The notes under the pieces: generated by a model | Told to the model about the DNA's origin: nothing | Database searches by the model: none | What the model saw: only the letters and a program-made list of their open reading frames with translations | Source of the DNA: Candidatus Copromonas faecavium (nom. illeg.) | GTDB lineage: Bacteria > Bacillota > Clostridia > Lachnospirales > Lachnospiraceae | Direction of reading: 5' to 3' | Length of the DNA: 64,000 bases | Assembly (NCBI GenBank): GCA_018712915.1 | Contig: DVGC01000027.1 | Location: forward strand, 33,928-97,927 | Translations under genes and position numbers: made by a program | Shown: positions 34,456 through 47,243 of the stretch, piece after piece | Numbering within the stretch: the first letter of the stretch is position 1 | Layout of the letters: each line of letters starts with the position of its first letter

Positions 34456-35415
34456 ATGAAACGAATGAAATATGCGGCATATGCAGCTGCTGCAATGCTT
34501 TGTCTTGCGATGACGGGCTGCAGCTCAGGGGCACAGGAATCTACAGCCCCGCGGGTAGAAATCGCCAAGATTCAGGATGAAGTCATTGAGCCCAATACGG
34601 AGGGAGCGGATATTCAGGTTTTAAATCTGGAAAATCCCATTGATTACAGTTATTCCAGCAGCAATACGGATATGACCTTTGATTATAAAGACGGCGTATG
34701 GCTGGATGGTATGGATGCTTCCATTCCTATCAACCAGGAAAAACTTCAGGCCATGGCTGATAACTTTTTAAAGCTTCATGCCGTATCCAGTCTGGAGATG
34801 CCGGAAAATCTGGAAGATTACGGCTTAAACAGAGGAACCTACACCCTTTATATCACAGACAGCGAACAGGGTTCCTTTGATATGGTGATCGGAAATCAGG
34901 ATGCTTCAGGAAATTATTATCTTATGATTAATGATGAGGAAGTTTATACCATTCTTCCTTCCACCGTGGAATCCATGGTATTTGATTATGAAACCCTTGT
35001 GATTCGTGATGGCCTGGACCTTCAGGTGACGGCGGACGATATTGAAAGCGCGTCGGTTACCATAGGAAGAGAAACCAGAAGCTACAACACCAGTGATGCA
35101 GAGGCCATGGCAAAAATCGCGGACGGAATCAGCAATCTGAAGGCATCCGCATATGCCTCCTATAATGCCACAAGCCAGGAGCTGGCCTCGGCAGAGCTTA
35201 CGGAAGATACACGGGTAACATTCCGGGCGGAAGTCCAGGTAAATGGAGAAACACGTTCCCTGGTGGTTTATATCGGAACAGCAGCCGATGTGGATAATTC
35301 CCAGAGATACGTTCAGATTGACGGTTCCAATATGATTATGATGGTGGACACGCCGGTTGTAAACAATCTGTTGAACATGGCCATCGATGAGGCAGAAACT
35401 GAGGCGGAAGAATAA
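34456..35415 (+). CDS. Lipoprotein, DUF4340-like
   Basis: The signal peptide has a lipobox (LAMTGC). The acidic secreted domain resembles DUF4340 proteins. Confidence 0.65.
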   Translation: MKRMKYAAYAAAAMLCLAMTGCSSGAQESTAPRVEIAKIQDEVIEPNTEGADIQVLNLENPIDYSYSSSNTDMTFDYKDGVWLDGMDASIPINQEKLQAMADNFLKLHAVSSLEMPENLEDYGLNRGTYTLYITDSEQGSFDMVIGNQDASGNYYLMINDEEVYTILPSTVESMVFDYETLVIRDGLDLQVTADDIESASVTIGRETRSYNTSDAEAMAKIADGISNLKASAYASYNATSQELASAELTEDTRVTFRAEVQVNGETRSLVVYIGTAADVDNSQRYVQIDGSNMIMMVDTPVVNNLLNMAIDEAETEAEE

Positions 35416-35427
35416 AGAAAAAAGGAG

Positions 35428-35465
35428 CCGGAGACTGGGTAAATCCTAAGTCTCCGGTTTTTCGT
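35428..35465. terminator. Bidirectional rho-independent terminator (lipoprotein gene on + and chrA on -)
   Basis: A 9-bp stem (CCGGAGACT / AGTCTCCGG) with a 12-nt loop has a T5 run downstream and an A6 run upstream. Confidence 0.8.
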
Positions 35466-35503
35466 TTGTCATTTTTAATTTTCTGTTCAAAAAACAGATC
35501 CTA

Positions 35504-36088
35504 TTATACCCCCGCGAACCGGAAGATAATGCCAATAACTGCAGATGCAGCGATAAAACAGACAGGATGAAGCCCCTTTGTTTTTTTGCATACCGCAGTA
35601 AAATAATAAAGAACAGCGATCAAAAGAATACTCTTAACATTGATAAGCTGCAATATTCCTGCGCCTTCCGGTACCGACGGATTGACCAGCACCAGAGCAA
35701 GAACAGAAAGACCAGCTGCAGCAATCAGCCCGGTGGAAGCAGGGCGAAGCCCGTAAAAGGCAGCATCTACAAGTGGATTGTCTTTAAAGGCTTTTAAGAA
35801 ACCTGCAATAATCAGGATGACAATAATGGAAGGCGTAATCAGTCCCACAGTAGCCACGATAGCGCCGGGAATCCCTCTTAAAAGAAAGCCCACATAGGTA
35901 GCCATATTGATTCCGATGGGACCGGGCGTGGACTCAGAGATCGCTACCATATTGGCCAGGTCTTCATAAGTAAACCATCCCATCTTATCAGACATATCAT
36001 AAAGGAACGGAAGCGTTGCCATTCCGCCGCCGATGGCAAAAAGTCCGGCCTTGAAAAATTCGAAGAATAACTGAAGATACAGGATCAT
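35504..36088 (-). CDS. chrA: Chromate transporter family protein (ChrA half-size, second subunit)
   Basis: It carries GGGMATLP and SESTPGP motifs. An ATGA overlap couples it to the upstream half-size gene. Confidence 0.85.
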   Translation of the reverse strand: MILYLQLFFEFFKAGLFAIGGGMATLPFLYDMSDKMGWFTYEDLANMVAISESTPGPIGINMATYVGFLLRGIPGAIVATVGLITPSIIVILIIAGFLKAFKDNPLVDAAFYGLRPASTGLIAAAGLSVLALVLVNPSVPEGAGILQLINVKSILLIAVLYYFTAVCKKTKGLHPVCFIAASAVIGIIFRFAGV

Positions 36089-36627
36089 GCTGTCTTTCCT
36101 CCTCTGCTTTTAAGAATTACGCCAAGAACGCCTGCAACAATTACAAAAAGAATCGGGGACAGCTCCGTAAAAACAGAACCCACAAGGATCAGAACACAGA
36201 TCACAGCCGTTGCCTTGTCTACGACAGATTTTTTCCAGAGCTTTAAGACTGCATTGAAAATCAGAACACAGACACAGACCCGGATTCCTGCAAAGGCGTT
36301 CTGAACGATGGGAAGGTCCGCAAAATTCTGGATAAAGGCGGTAATGATACAAATAATAACCAGAGACGGAAAAGCAACACCAAAAGTCGCAACAATTCCG
36401 CCTAAAATTCCGGCTACTTTCTGACCGACAAAAGTGGCCGTATTTACTGCAATAATGCCGGGCGTGCATTGTCCGATGGCATAATAATTCATTAGCTCTT
36501 CCTCTGTAGCCCAGCCCCGTTTTTCCACTACCTCGCGCTGAAGCATGGGAAGCATGGCATAGCCGCCGCCGAACGTCAGGCCGCCGATTCTGGCAAAGGT
36601 AAGGAAAAGATCGGAATACTTGTTCAT
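36085..36627 (-). CDS. chrA: Chromate transporter family protein (ChrA half-size, first subunit)
   Basis: It carries FGGGYAMLPMLQREVV and GQCTPGIIAVN motifs. An AAAGGAGAG RBS precedes the ATG at 36627. Confidence 0.85.
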   Translation of the reverse strand: MNKYSDLFLTFARIGGLTFGGGYAMLPMLQREVVEKRGWATEEELMNYYAIGQCTPGIIAVNTATFVGQKVAGILGGIVATFGVAFPSLVIICIITAFIQNFADLPIVQNAFAGIRVCVCVLIFNAVLKLWKKSVVDKATAVICVLILVGSVFTELSPILFVIVAGVLGVILKSRGGKTA

Positions 36628-36790
36628 AATCTCTCTCCTTTTCAAACGATATTTGCTTTTTCCTATGTAAGAATATAGCAGATGATGGAAAAAATCAATG
36701 GATTTTTGGCTGCGGGGAACCTTTGAGAGCGAAAGATGATTCCCATATTCCTGATTTTCCGGCTTCTGCAGGTTCCGCCGCGTTTCCCTC

Positions 36791-38772
<1,982 letters not shown>

Positions 38773-38784
38773 AGGAGACTGCAG

Positions 38785-41022
38785 ATGGCGGAAAAGATAC
38801 TGAGAACAGAATATTCGGAGGAGATGCAGAAAAGCTACCTGGACTACTCCATGAGCGTCATTACCTCCCGGGCCATTCCCGACGCCAGGGACGGATTAAA
38901 GCCGGTGCAGCGGCGGGTGCTCTATGATATGAGCGAGCTGCGGCTGGATTACGACAAGCCCCACAGAAAATCGGCGAGAATTGTCGGTGATACCATGGGT
39001 AAATATCATCCCCATGGCGACAGTTCCATCTACGAAACCCTTGTGGTGCTGTCACAGGACTTTAAAAAGGGAATGGCTCTGGTGGACGGCCACGGCAACT
39101 TTGGTTCCATCGAGGGAGACGGGGCTGCCGCCATGCGGTATACGGAGGCAAGATTAAAAAAGTTTGCCCAGGAGGTCTATTTAAAGGATCTGGACAAAAC
39201 CGTAAATTTTGTTTCCAACTACGATGAAACGGAGAAGGAACCGGAGGTTCTTCCCGTGCGGGTTCCAAACCTTCTGGTCAATGGCGCGGAAGGAATTGCC
39301 GTGGGCATGAGCACCAGCATTCCGCCCCATAACCTGGGAGAGGTCATTGATGCAGTAAAGGCTTATATTGACAACCGGCTTCTGACGGTGCAGGAGCTGA
39401 TGGAATATCTGCCGGGACCGGATTTCCCCACCGGCGGAATCATCGCCAACCAGAGCGAGCTGCTTTCCATCTATGAAACAGGGACCGGAAGGTTAAAGCT
39501 CCGGGGAAAAATCGAGGTGGAACTGGGACGCCGGAAGGCCGACAGGGATAAGCTGGTGATTACGGAAATTCCCTATACCATGGTGGGCGCCGGAATCAAT
39601 AAATTTTTGATGGATGTGGCCGAGCTTGTGGAGACAAGAAAGCTTCCCGACGTGGTGGACATCTCCAACCAGTCCAGCAAGGAGGGCATCCGCATTGTCC
39701 TGGAACTGAAAAAGGACGCGGACATCGGTCAGATCAAAGGGATTCTCTATAAAAAGACGAAGTTAGAGGATACCTACGGGGTCAATATGCTGGCCATCGA
39801 CGACGGCAGGCCGGAGACCATGAATTTAAAGCAGATTCTCAATACCTTCCTGGAATTTCAGTACAGGAACATGACGAAAAAGTACAATGTTCTGCTGGAA
39901 AAGGAGCTGGAAAAGAAAGAGGTTCAGGAGGGTCTTATTGAAGCCTGCGACGTCATCGATCTGATCATCGCCATTCTGCGCGGCTCTAAAAACATGAAGG
40001 ATGCCAAGGACTGTCTGATGACCGGAAATACGGAAAATATCCGGTTCCGGACGGCTGGATTTGAGGAGGATGCCAAAAAGCTTCATTTTACGGAGCGGCA
40101 GGCCACGGCCATTCTGGAGATGCGTCTTTACCGGCTCATCGGCCTGGAAATCATCGCCCTGCAGAAGGCATATAAAGAGACTTTGAAGAAGATCCGGGAA
40201 TACCGCCATATCTTATCCAGTCAGAAGCATATGGATCAGGTGATCAAAGAGGATCTGGATGCCATCAAAAACGAATTTGCCCTTCCGCGAAAGACGGTTC
40301 TGGAAAACAGTGAGGCCATTGTTCTGGAAGAAAAGAAAGAAGCAGCAAGGGAAACCGTCTTCGTCATGGACCGGTTCGGCTACTGCAAACTGCTGGAGAA
40401 ATCTCTTTATGAGAGGAACCAGGATGCAGTACAGGCAGAACATGTCTGGGCAATTCCGGTGATGACCGATGATCGTCTGTGCCTGTTTTCCGACAGCGGC
40501 GCCATGTATCAGGTAAAAGCGGCAGATCTTCCGTCCTTAAAAACCAAGGATAAGGGAATCCCGTTGGATAATGTGAGCAGATTTGACGGCATCCGGGAGC
40601 GGATTCTTTTCATTCTTCCCGCTTCTGCACTGGAAGGAAAGAAATTTTTGTTTGCCACGGAGCAGGCCATGATAAAGGTTGTGGCCGGAGAGGAATTTGT
40701 GACGGCAAACCGGATGGTGGCTGCCACAAAACTGGCGGAAGGAGACCGGCTGGCCTGTGTACGGGAGCCGGAAGGAGAAGAACTGGTACTTCTGACGGCG
40801 GAAGGAATGGTGCTGAAATTCCTCTTATCAGAGGTGCCGGAACTGAAAAAGAACAGCCGGGGTGTCCGGGGAATGAAACTGGAAAGCGGGGATAAGCTGG
40901 AACAGGTGTACTTCCCGGAAAAAGAAAAGACGGCGGAGTATAGGGGAAAAGAAATTACCCTTGGAAGACTGAAACTTGCAAAGAGGGACGGAAAAGGAAC
41001 AAAGGTCCGTCTGGACCGGTAA
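38785..41022 (+). CDS. parC: Type IIA topoisomerase A subunit (ParC/GyrA family)
   Basis: It carries [14 protein letters not shown], the active-site [10 protein letters not shown] and GKYHPHGD. At 745 aa it is shorter than a typical GyrA. Confidence 0.85.
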   Translation: MAEKILRTEYSEEMQKSYLDYSMSVITSRAIPDARDGLKPVQRRVLYDMSELRLDYDKPHRKSARIVGDTMGKYHPHGDSSIYETLVVLSQDFKKGMALVDGHGNFGSIEGDGAAAMRYTEARLKKFAQEVYLKDLDKTVNFVSNYDETEKEPEVLPVRVPNLLVNGAEGIAVGMSTSIPPHNLGEVIDAVKAYIDNRLLTVQELMEYLPGPDFPTGGIIANQSELLSIYETGTGRLKLRGKIEVELGRRKADRDKLVITEIPYTMVGAGINKFLMDVAELVETRKLPDVVDISNQSSKEGIRIVLELKKDADIGQIKGILYKKTKLEDTYGVNMLAIDDGRPETMNLKQILNTFLEFQYRNMTKKYNVLLEKELEKKEVQEGLIEACDVIDLIIAILRGSKNMKDAKDCLMTGNTENIRFRTAGFEEDAKKLHFTERQATAILEMRLYRLIGLEIIALQKAYKETLKKIREYRHILSSQKHMDQVIKEDLDAIKNEFALPRKTVLENSEAIVLEEKKEAARETVFVMDRFGYCKLLEKSLYERNQDAVQAEHVWAIPVMTDDRLCLFSDSGAMYQVKAADLPSLKTKDKGIPLDNVSRFDGIRERILFILPASALEGKKFLFATEQAMIKVVAGEEFVTANRMVAATKLAEGDRLACVREPEGEELVLLTAEGMVLKFLLSEVPELKKNSRGVRGMKLESGDKLEQVYFPEKEKTAEYRGKEITLGRLKLAKRDGKGTKVRLDR

Positions 41023-41107
41023 GACCGGACGATAAGATTGCCGCGCGAACCGCTGCAGGCTTAAGAGACCGGCGGCATGGACACGTGAGAATAGAGGAGA
41101 ATCAATT

Positions 41108-42193
41108 ATGGAAAAGAAGTTGAGAGTCGGCGTCCTTGGGGCGACCGGAATGGTAGGACAGAGATTTATTTCCCTTTTGGAGAATCACCCCTGGTATGAG
41201 GTGACGACGGTGGCTGCCAGCCCCCGTTCCGCAGGAAAAACCTATGAGGAGGCAGTGGGAGACCGCTGGAAGATGTCCACCCCCATGCCGGAAGGGGTAA
41301 AAAAACTGGTGGTCATGAATGTCAACGAGGTGGAGAAAGTGGCCTCCACCGTAGACTTCGTATTCAGCGCCGTCGATATGACCAAAGATGAGATCCGGGC
41401 CATCGAGGAGGCATATGCCAGAGCTGAGACTCCGGTTGTTTCCAACAACAGCGCTCACCGCTGGACACCGGACGTTCCCATGGTGGTGCCGGAGCTGAAT
41501 CCGGAGCATTTTGAAGTGATTCATTTCCAGCGCAAGCGTCTGAATACGACCCGGGGCTTTATCGCGGTAAAGCCCAACTGTTCCATTCAGAGCTACACGC
41601 CTGCCCTTTCCGCATGGCGGGAATTTGAGCCCTATGAGGTTGTCGCCACCACCTACCAGGCAATCTCCGGCGCAGGTAAAACCTTTAAGGACTGGCCGGA
41701 AATGGAAGGAAATATCATTCCCTACATCGGCGGAGAAGAAGAAAAGAGCGAGCAGGAACCCTTACGGATCTGGGGTCATATTGAGGGCGGCATCATCGTA
41801 AAGGCCAAGGAGCCGGTGATCACCTGCCAGTGTATCCGGGTGCCCGTTCTCAACGGACATACGGCAGCTGTGTTCGTCAAGTTCAGAAAGAGCTCCACAA
41901 AGGAGCAGCTCATTGAAAAGCTGGTACAGTTTAAGGGACTCCCGCAGGAGCTTTCCCTTCCCAGCGCTCCCAAGCAGTTTATCCAGTATCTGGAAGACAG
42001 CGACAGGCCTCAGGTAACGCTGGATGTGGACTTTGAGCACGGAATGGGAATTTCCATCGGAAGACTGAGAGAGGATACGGTTTACGACTGGAAGTTTGTG
42101 GGCTTGTCCCATAATACGGTCCGCGGCGCTGCCGGCGGTGCGGTTCTCTGCGCCGAGCTTCTGACGAAGCAGGGATTTATTACGGCAAAATAA
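41108..42193 (+). CDS. asd: Aspartate-semialdehyde dehydrogenase
   Basis: The NAD-binding site is GVLGATGMVGQR, the active-site Cys region is KPNCSIQ, and SHNTVRGAAG is also present. Confidence 0.95.
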   Translation: MEKKLRVGVLGATGMVGQRFISLLENHPWYEVTTVAASPRSAGKTYEEAVGDRWKMSTPMPEGVKKLVVMNVNEVEKVASTVDFVFSAVDMTKDEIRAIEEAYARAETPVVSNNSAHRWTPDVPMVVPELNPEHFEVIHFQRKRLNTTRGFIAVKPNCSIQSYTPALSAWREFEPYEVVATTYQAISGAGKTFKDWPEMEGNIIPYIGGEEEKSEQEPLRIWGHIEGGIIVKAKEPVITCQCIRVPVLNGHTAAVFVKFRKSSTKEQLIEKLVQFKGLPQELSLPSAPKQFIQYLEDSDRPQVTLDVDFEHGMGISIGRLREDTVYDWKFVGLSHNTVRGAAGGAVLCAELLTKQGFITAK

Positions 42194-42299
42194 ACGAGGA
42201 ACGGCTTTCTAACAGTGGAAAGCCTGTGCCAGAACAAAGAGGAAACAAGAGAACTTGTGATACATGCGGGCCTGAATCAGAAGGGTCCGGGGAGGGTTT

Positions 42300-43361
42300 A
42301 TGTCAGTAGAAAAGAAATCATTCGGCCATATGCCGGACGGCAGGGAAATCAGCCTGTATCTGTTAAAAAACAAAGCCGGTGTGGAGGCTTCCGTTACCGA
42401 TCTGGGAGCCATCTGGGTCGGACTTCTGGCGCCGGATAAAAACGGGGTTATGGCAGACGTGGTGTTAGGCTATGACAGCGGAAAAGAGTACCTGGTAAAC
42501 GGGCCCCACCTTGGCTCCATTGTGGGGCGGATTGCCAACAGAACAGGCGGCGCAGGTTTTTGCCTTCATGGAAAGAACTATGTTCTGGAAAAAAATGACG
42601 GAGCCAACAACCTGCACAGCGGAACCGATTACTATGACAGGCGGCTCTGGAAGGCAGAAGAGCTGCCGGAAGAAAACGGCGTAAGGTTCTTTCTGGAAAG
42701 CCCGGACGGTGATCAGGGATTCCCGGGAAATCTTAAGCTGTCAGTCACGTATGAACTGACAGAGGACTCCATGCTCCTTCTTACCTATCGGGCCGTTTCG
42801 GATCAGGATACACCGCTCAATCTGACCAATCACGGATACTTCAACCTGGCCGGCCATGAAAAGGGCAGTGTCCTGTCCCATGAGGTTCAGATCGAGGCCG
42901 ATTTCTTTACGCCTTCCGCCGCCGATTCCATTCCCACCGGAGAGGTGCGGACGGTTTCGGGAACACCCATGGATTTTCGAGTATTCAAAGAAATCGGGCG
43001 CGATATTTCGGTGGCCTTTGATCAGCTTCAGCAGGCAAAGGGCTACGATCACAACTGGTGCCTGCGGCATGAGCCAGGGGAATTTGCCCTGGCAGCCATG
43101 GCAAGGGAAAAGGAAAGCGGACGGTGTTTAAAGGTCTATACAGACCGGCCCGGCGTTCAGTTTTATACGGCCAACTGGCTTGGAGGCGAAAAGGGCAAGA
43201 ACGGCTCTGTCTATGAAGACCGGGATGCTTTCTGCTTTGAAACCCAGGACTGGCCGGATGCGGTCAATAAGCCGCATTTCCCTTCTCCTGTCATAAAAGC
43301 CGGAGAGGAGTTTGTTTCCAGGACAGGTTACCAGTTTACTGTCAGCGGAGATGAGATTTGA
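42300..43361 (+). CDS. galM: Aldose 1-epimerase (galactose mutarotase)
   Basis: It carries GRIANR, NNLHSG, LTNHGYFNL, YDHNW and FCFETQ motifs. Confidence 0.9.
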   Translation: MSVEKKSFGHMPDGREISLYLLKNKAGVEASVTDLGAIWVGLLAPDKNGVMADVVLGYDSGKEYLVNGPHLGSIVGRIANRTGGAGFCLHGKNYVLEKNDGANNLHSGTDYYDRRLWKAEELPEENGVRFFLESPDGDQGFPGNLKLSVTYELTEDSMLLLTYRAVSDQDTPLNLTNHGYFNLAGHEKGSVLSHEVQIEADFFTPSAADSIPTGEVRTVSGTPMDFRVFKEIGRDISVAFDQLQQAKGYDHNWCLRHEPGEFALAAMAREKESGRCLKVYTDRPGVQFYTANWLGGEKGKNGSVYEDRDAFCFETQDWPDAVNKPHFPSPVIKAGEEFVSRTGYQFTVSGDEI

Positions 43362-44338
43362 TGGAACAGCATCTGACCAAACAGAAGGAAAAAACCTCCG
43401 GCACCGTCCGTTTCCTGGCGGCCGGAGGGCTGATTCTTACCACCATGATCTGGGGCGGCTCCTTTGTTGCCATGAAAACCTCGATGGAACTGGTGCCGCC
43501 TGCCTGGCTGTTGGCCATCCGCTTCAGCCTGGCGGCCCTTCTTATGGGCCTTTTGTTTCACAGGGCCCTTTTATCGGCTCCAAAAGAGGCATGGAAAAAG
43601 GGAATGATTCTTGGATGCTTTCTGGAGCTTTCCTATCTTTTCCAGACCTATGGCCTTCAGTTTACCACGGCCAGCAAGAATGCGTTCATTACCACACTCT
43701 ATGTGGTGCTGGTGCCCCTTCTTTTGTGGGGAATTACAAAAAAGCGACCTGGTACCAATCAGCTGGCTGCAGCCGTTCTTGCAGTCATCGGCCTGGCACT
43801 TTTATCTCTGGAGGGAGATTTTTCCATCAATCTGGGAGACGGCCTGACCCTGCTGTGCAGCCTTTCTTTTGCTGTCCATATGATCCTGATCGACCGGTAT
43901 ACGAAAGATTTTTCTCCCGTTGTTTTAACCACGGTGCAGATTGGAACGGCAGCCGCGCTGTCCTGGTGCCTGGCGCCGGTGCTGGACGGCGGCCTTTCTG
44001 CGGATTTTCTTACGGCAGACGGCTTCTGGACCGGCATGTTTTATCTAGTTGTTCTTGCTACCATGGGCGGATTCCTTTTGCAGAATCTGGGCCAGAAATA
44101 TGTGAGTGCCAATACCTCGGCCATTCTCCTGTCCCTGGAATCGGTATTCGGCGCTCTGTTTTCCGTCCTGCTTCTCCACGAGAAGATGACCGGCCGGATG
44201 AGCATTGGCTGCGGCTTTCTGTTTGCCGCAGTCCTTCTTGCGGAGGTGAAGTTTGAGCAAATCGTTGTTTATTGCAGAAAAACCAAGCGTGGCCAGGGAG
44301 TTTGCCAGAGTTCTCAAAGTTTCCGGAGCGAGGAATGA
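43361..44338 (+). CDS. DMT superfamily (EamA-like) transporter
   Basis: It has ten predicted TM helices in two EamA repeats. The last ~28 codons overlap the next gene, so the C-terminus may be fortuitous read-through. Confidence 0.8.
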   Translation: MEQHLTKQKEKTSGTVRFLAAGGLILTTMIWGGSFVAMKTSMELVPPAWLLAIRFSLAALLMGLLFHRALLSAPKEAWKKGMILGCFLELSYLFQTYGLQFTTASKNAFITTLYVVLVPLLLWGITKKRPGTNQLAAAVLAVIGLALLSLEGDFSINLGDGLTLLCSLSFAVHMILIDRYTKDFSPVVLTTVQIGTAAALSWCLAPVLDGGLSADFLTADGFWTGMFYLVVLATMGGFLLQNLGQKYVSANTSAILLSLESVFGALFSVLLLHEKMTGRMSIGCGFLFAAVLLAEVKFEQIVVYCRKTKRGQGVCQSSQSFRSEE

Positions 44339-46418
44339 CGGCTATTTGGAATCGGAACATGCCATTGTAACCTGGTGCGTGGGTCATCTGGTGACCATGA
44401 GCTATCCGGAGGCCTACGATCCGGAGCTGAAGCGGTGGAGCATGAATACCCTGCCGTTTCTGCCGAAGGAATTTAAATATCAGGTCATCGACGAGGTGAA
44501 AAAACAGTTTGACATCGTAAGCGGGCTCCTAAAGCGCAGGGACGTGGATGTCATCTACGTCTGCACCGACTCCGGGCGGGAGGGAGAATACATTTACCGG
44601 CTGGTGGAGCAGATGGCCGGTGTTCAGGGAAAGACCAGACGCCGTGTCTGGATCGATTCCCAGACTGAGGAGGAAATTCTCCGCGGCGTCCGGGAAGCAA
44701 AGGATCTGTCCGAATACGATAATCTGGCAGCCTCCGCCTATCTCCGTGCCAAAGAGGACTATCTGATGGGGATCAATTTCTCCAGGGCCCTCACCTTAAA
44801 ATACGGGCCATCGGTGGCATCCTATCTGGGAGAGCGGCGGGCCGTCCTTTCCGTGGGCCGGGTCATGACCTGCGTTCTCGGCATGGTGGTTCGAAGAGAA
44901 CGGGAGATCCGCCAGTTTGTCAAAACCCCATTTTACCGGGTCATCGGCTCCTTTCAGATTCCCGATACGGGTTCTGAGGAAACGGTTTCCTCTGCCTCTG
45001 AGCGGATGTTTCAGGCGGAATGGAGAGCGGTGGAGGGTTCAAGATATGCTCAGACGCCTGCCCTCTATAAAGAAAATGGGTTCAAGGAAGAAAAGACGGC
45101 AAAGGAACTGATCTCCTTTTTATCCGCAGAGCCCATGGAAGCTTCTGTTTTTGCAGCAGAAAAAAAGAAGGAAACAAAGTATGCGCCTCTGCTTTATAAT
45201 CTGGCGGAACTGCAGAACGAGTGCTCCAGGCTCTTTAAAATCAGCCCGGATGAAACGCTGAAGGTGGTACAGGAGCTTTACGAAAAAAAACTGGTCACTT
45301 ATCCGCGAACAGATGCCAGAGTTCTGTCCTCTGCGGTGGCCAAGGAAATCGGAAAAAACATCCGCGGACTTTTGCAGGTACCGGCTCTGGAGCCTTATGC
45401 CGGCCATATTTTAGAAGCGGGAACCTATCAGAAGCTTTCCTCCACCCGCTATGTCAACGATAAGCAGATTACGGATCATTACGCTATCATCCCCACAGGC
45501 CAGGGTCTTTCTGCCTTAAGAACCCTGGGAGAGCTGCAGGCAAAAATCTTTGAAGTCGTCAGCAGAAGATTTTTAAGCATTTTTTATCCTCCGGCGGTCT
45601 ATCAGAAGATTTCTCTGAATATGGAAAAGCAGGGAGAGCATTTCTTCGCCAGCTTTAAGGTGTTGTCGGAGGAAGGGTATCTGGCCGTGGCCGCTCTTCC
45701 CTGGCAGAAAAAGCGGGAAGACAAGGCGGAAAGTGCCGGACGGAATAAGAAAAGTCAGGAGAATCCGGATGGGGAAGAAAGTCAGGGCGGCCGGGATTCC
45801 GACGAAAAGGAAACCGAGCTTTCCGGAAGCGGTGCAAAAGCTCTTTTAAAAGCTCTGACGGCCCTGAAAAAAGGTCAGAAGCTTCCGCTCTGCAAAATGG
45901 AAATCAAAGAAGGGGAAACCTCACCGCCCAAGCGGTATACCTCCGGTTCCATGATTCTGGCCATGGAAAACGCCGGGCAGCTGATTGAGGATGAGGATCT
46001 GAGGGCTCAGATCAAGGGAAGCGGTATCGGCACCAGTGCCACGCGGGCAGAGATTCTGAAAAAACTGGTCAACATCAAGTATCTGTCCCTGGCAAAGAAA
46101 ACCCAGGTGATCACTCCGACGCTGTTTGGAGAAATGGTCTTCGATGTCTGCAGTCTCTCCATGAAGCAGCTGTTAAACCCGGAGCTGACGGCCAGCTGGG
46201 AGAAGGGCCTTACTTACGTGGCGGAGGGCAGCATTACTTCAGACGAATACATGGAAAAGCTGGAGCATTTCGTGACTCTGCGGGTCAACGGCGTCAAACA
46301 GGGGAATTTCCAGTATGCGCTGCGGCCATATTTTGATGCTGCTGCCGGCTATTATAAGAAACCGTCCGCATCCGGAACAGGAAAAAAGAACTCAGCGGAA
46401 AGCAGAAACAGAAAATGA
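44253..46418 (+). CDS. topB: Second DNA topoisomerase III paralog (type IA), without C-terminal zinc ribbons
   Basis: The N-terminus is LFIAEKPSVAREFA and the active-site region is VTYPRTDARVL. The TTG start follows a GGAGGTG RBS. An acidic insert (EDKAESAGRNKKSQENPDGEES...) is present. Confidence 0.85.
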   Translation: MSKSLFIAEKPSVAREFARVLKVSGARNDGYLESEHAIVTWCVGHLVTMSYPEAYDPELKRWSMNTLPFLPKEFKYQVIDEVKKQFDIVSGLLKRRDVDVIYVCTDSGREGEYIYRLVEQMAGVQGKTRRRVWIDSQTEEEILRGVREAKDLSEYDNLAASAYLRAKEDYLMGINFSRALTLKYGPSVASYLGERRAVLSVGRVMTCVLGMVVRREREIRQFVKTPFYRVIGSFQIPDTGSEETVSSASERMFQAEWRAVEGSRYAQTPALYKENGFKEEKTAKELISFLSAEPMEASVFAAEKKKETKYAPLLYNLAELQNECSRLFKISPDETLKVVQELYEKKLVTYPRTDARVLSSAVAKEIGKNIRGLLQVPALEPYAGHILEAGTYQKLSSTRYVNDKQITDHYAIIPTGQGLSALRTLGELQAKIFEVVSRRFLSIFYPPAVYQKISLNMEKQGEHFFASFKVLSEEGYLAVAALPWQKKREDKAESAGRNKKSQENPDGEESQGGRDSDEKETELSGSGAKALLKALTALKKGQKLPLCKMEIKEGETSPPKRYTSGSMILAMENAGQLIEDEDLRAQIKGSGIGTSATRAEILKKLVNIKYLSLAKKTQVITPTLFGEMVFDVCSLSMKQLLNPELTASWEKGLTYVAEGSITSDEYMEKLEHFVTLRVNGVKQGNFQYALRPYFDAAAGYYKKPSASGTGKKNSAESRNRK

Positions 46419-46427
46419 GGTATCAGT

Positions 46428-47102
46428 ATGAAAAAAGCGGAAACAAAAATCGAATGTCTTTATGATGTAAGCCATACGCTGGCAGGAACTTACCTTCAGA
46501 AGCTCACCTATCCCTGGGAGGCGCTCCCTCATATCAAAGAATGGATTGAAATCATCGGCAATTCCCTTCCGGAAGAGGAATATGAGAAGCGGGGGGAGAC
46601 AGTATGGGTTCATAAAAGCGCCAATGTTTTTGCCAGCGCCTATTTAGGGGATCATATCATCATCGGAAAGGACGCAGAGGTGCGTCACTGCGCCTTTTTA
46701 CGGTCCTGCGCCCTGGTGGGAGAGGGAGCCGTAGTCGGCAATTCTACAGAATTAAAGAATGTGATCCTGTTTGATAAGGTTCAGGTTCCCCATTACAATT
46801 ATGTGGGGGATTCCATCCTTGGCTACAAGGCCCATATGGGGGCCGGTTCCATCACATCCAACGTAAAATCCGACAAGCTTCTGGTGAAGGTTCACACGGA
46901 AGAGGGCGATATGGAAACCGGACTTAAGAAATTCGGTTCCATGGTGGGAGACGGCGTGGAAGTGGGATGCGGCTCCATCTTAAATCCCGGTTCCGTCATC
47001 GGAAGAAACTGCAGCATTTATCCTCTTTCCAGCGTTCGCGGCTGTGTGGATGAGGGTTCGATTTATAAGAATCAGGGCGAGATTGTAAAAAAGCAGGCAT
47101 AA
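46428..47102 (+). CDS. Left-handed beta-helix (hexapeptide repeat) protein, GlmU C-terminal-like putative acyltransferase
   Basis: Repeated [LIV]G-x4 hexapeptide periodicity is visible (IIIGKDAEV, LVGEGAVVGNST, ILGYKAHMGAGS). Confidence 0.6.
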   Translation: MKKAETKIECLYDVSHTLAGTYLQKLTYPWEALPHIKEWIEIIGNSLPEEEYEKRGETVWVHKSANVFASAYLGDHIIIGKDAEVRHCAFLRSCALVGEGAVVGNSTELKNVILFDKVQVPHYNYVGDSILGYKAHMGAGSITSNVKSDKLLVKVHTEEGDMETGLKKFGSMVGDGVEVGCGSILNPGSVIGRNCSIYPLSSVRGCVDEGSIYKNQGEIVKKQA

Positions 47103-47243
47103 AATCAGAAGCAGGAGAAATGAAAATTCTCCCAGGTCTGTAATGACCGCAGGGGTTAGGATGTTTTCGGAACCCAGTTTCCTGAATGCAGGTTTCAAAA
47201 ACAAAAGAGCCAGATGTGCCTGAATACGAAAAGAGGAAACACA

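Noticed and set aside
41023-41107. Lysine riboswitch (L-box) upstream of asd
   Set aside because: The intergenic region is only ~85 nt, too short for an L-box, and it lacks the conserved elements.
43312-44256. 314-aa plus-strand ORF overlapping the EamA gene in another frame
   Set aside because: The alternative frame encodes Arg/Gly/Pro-rich sequence with no membrane character. The EamA frame gives ten clean TM helices.
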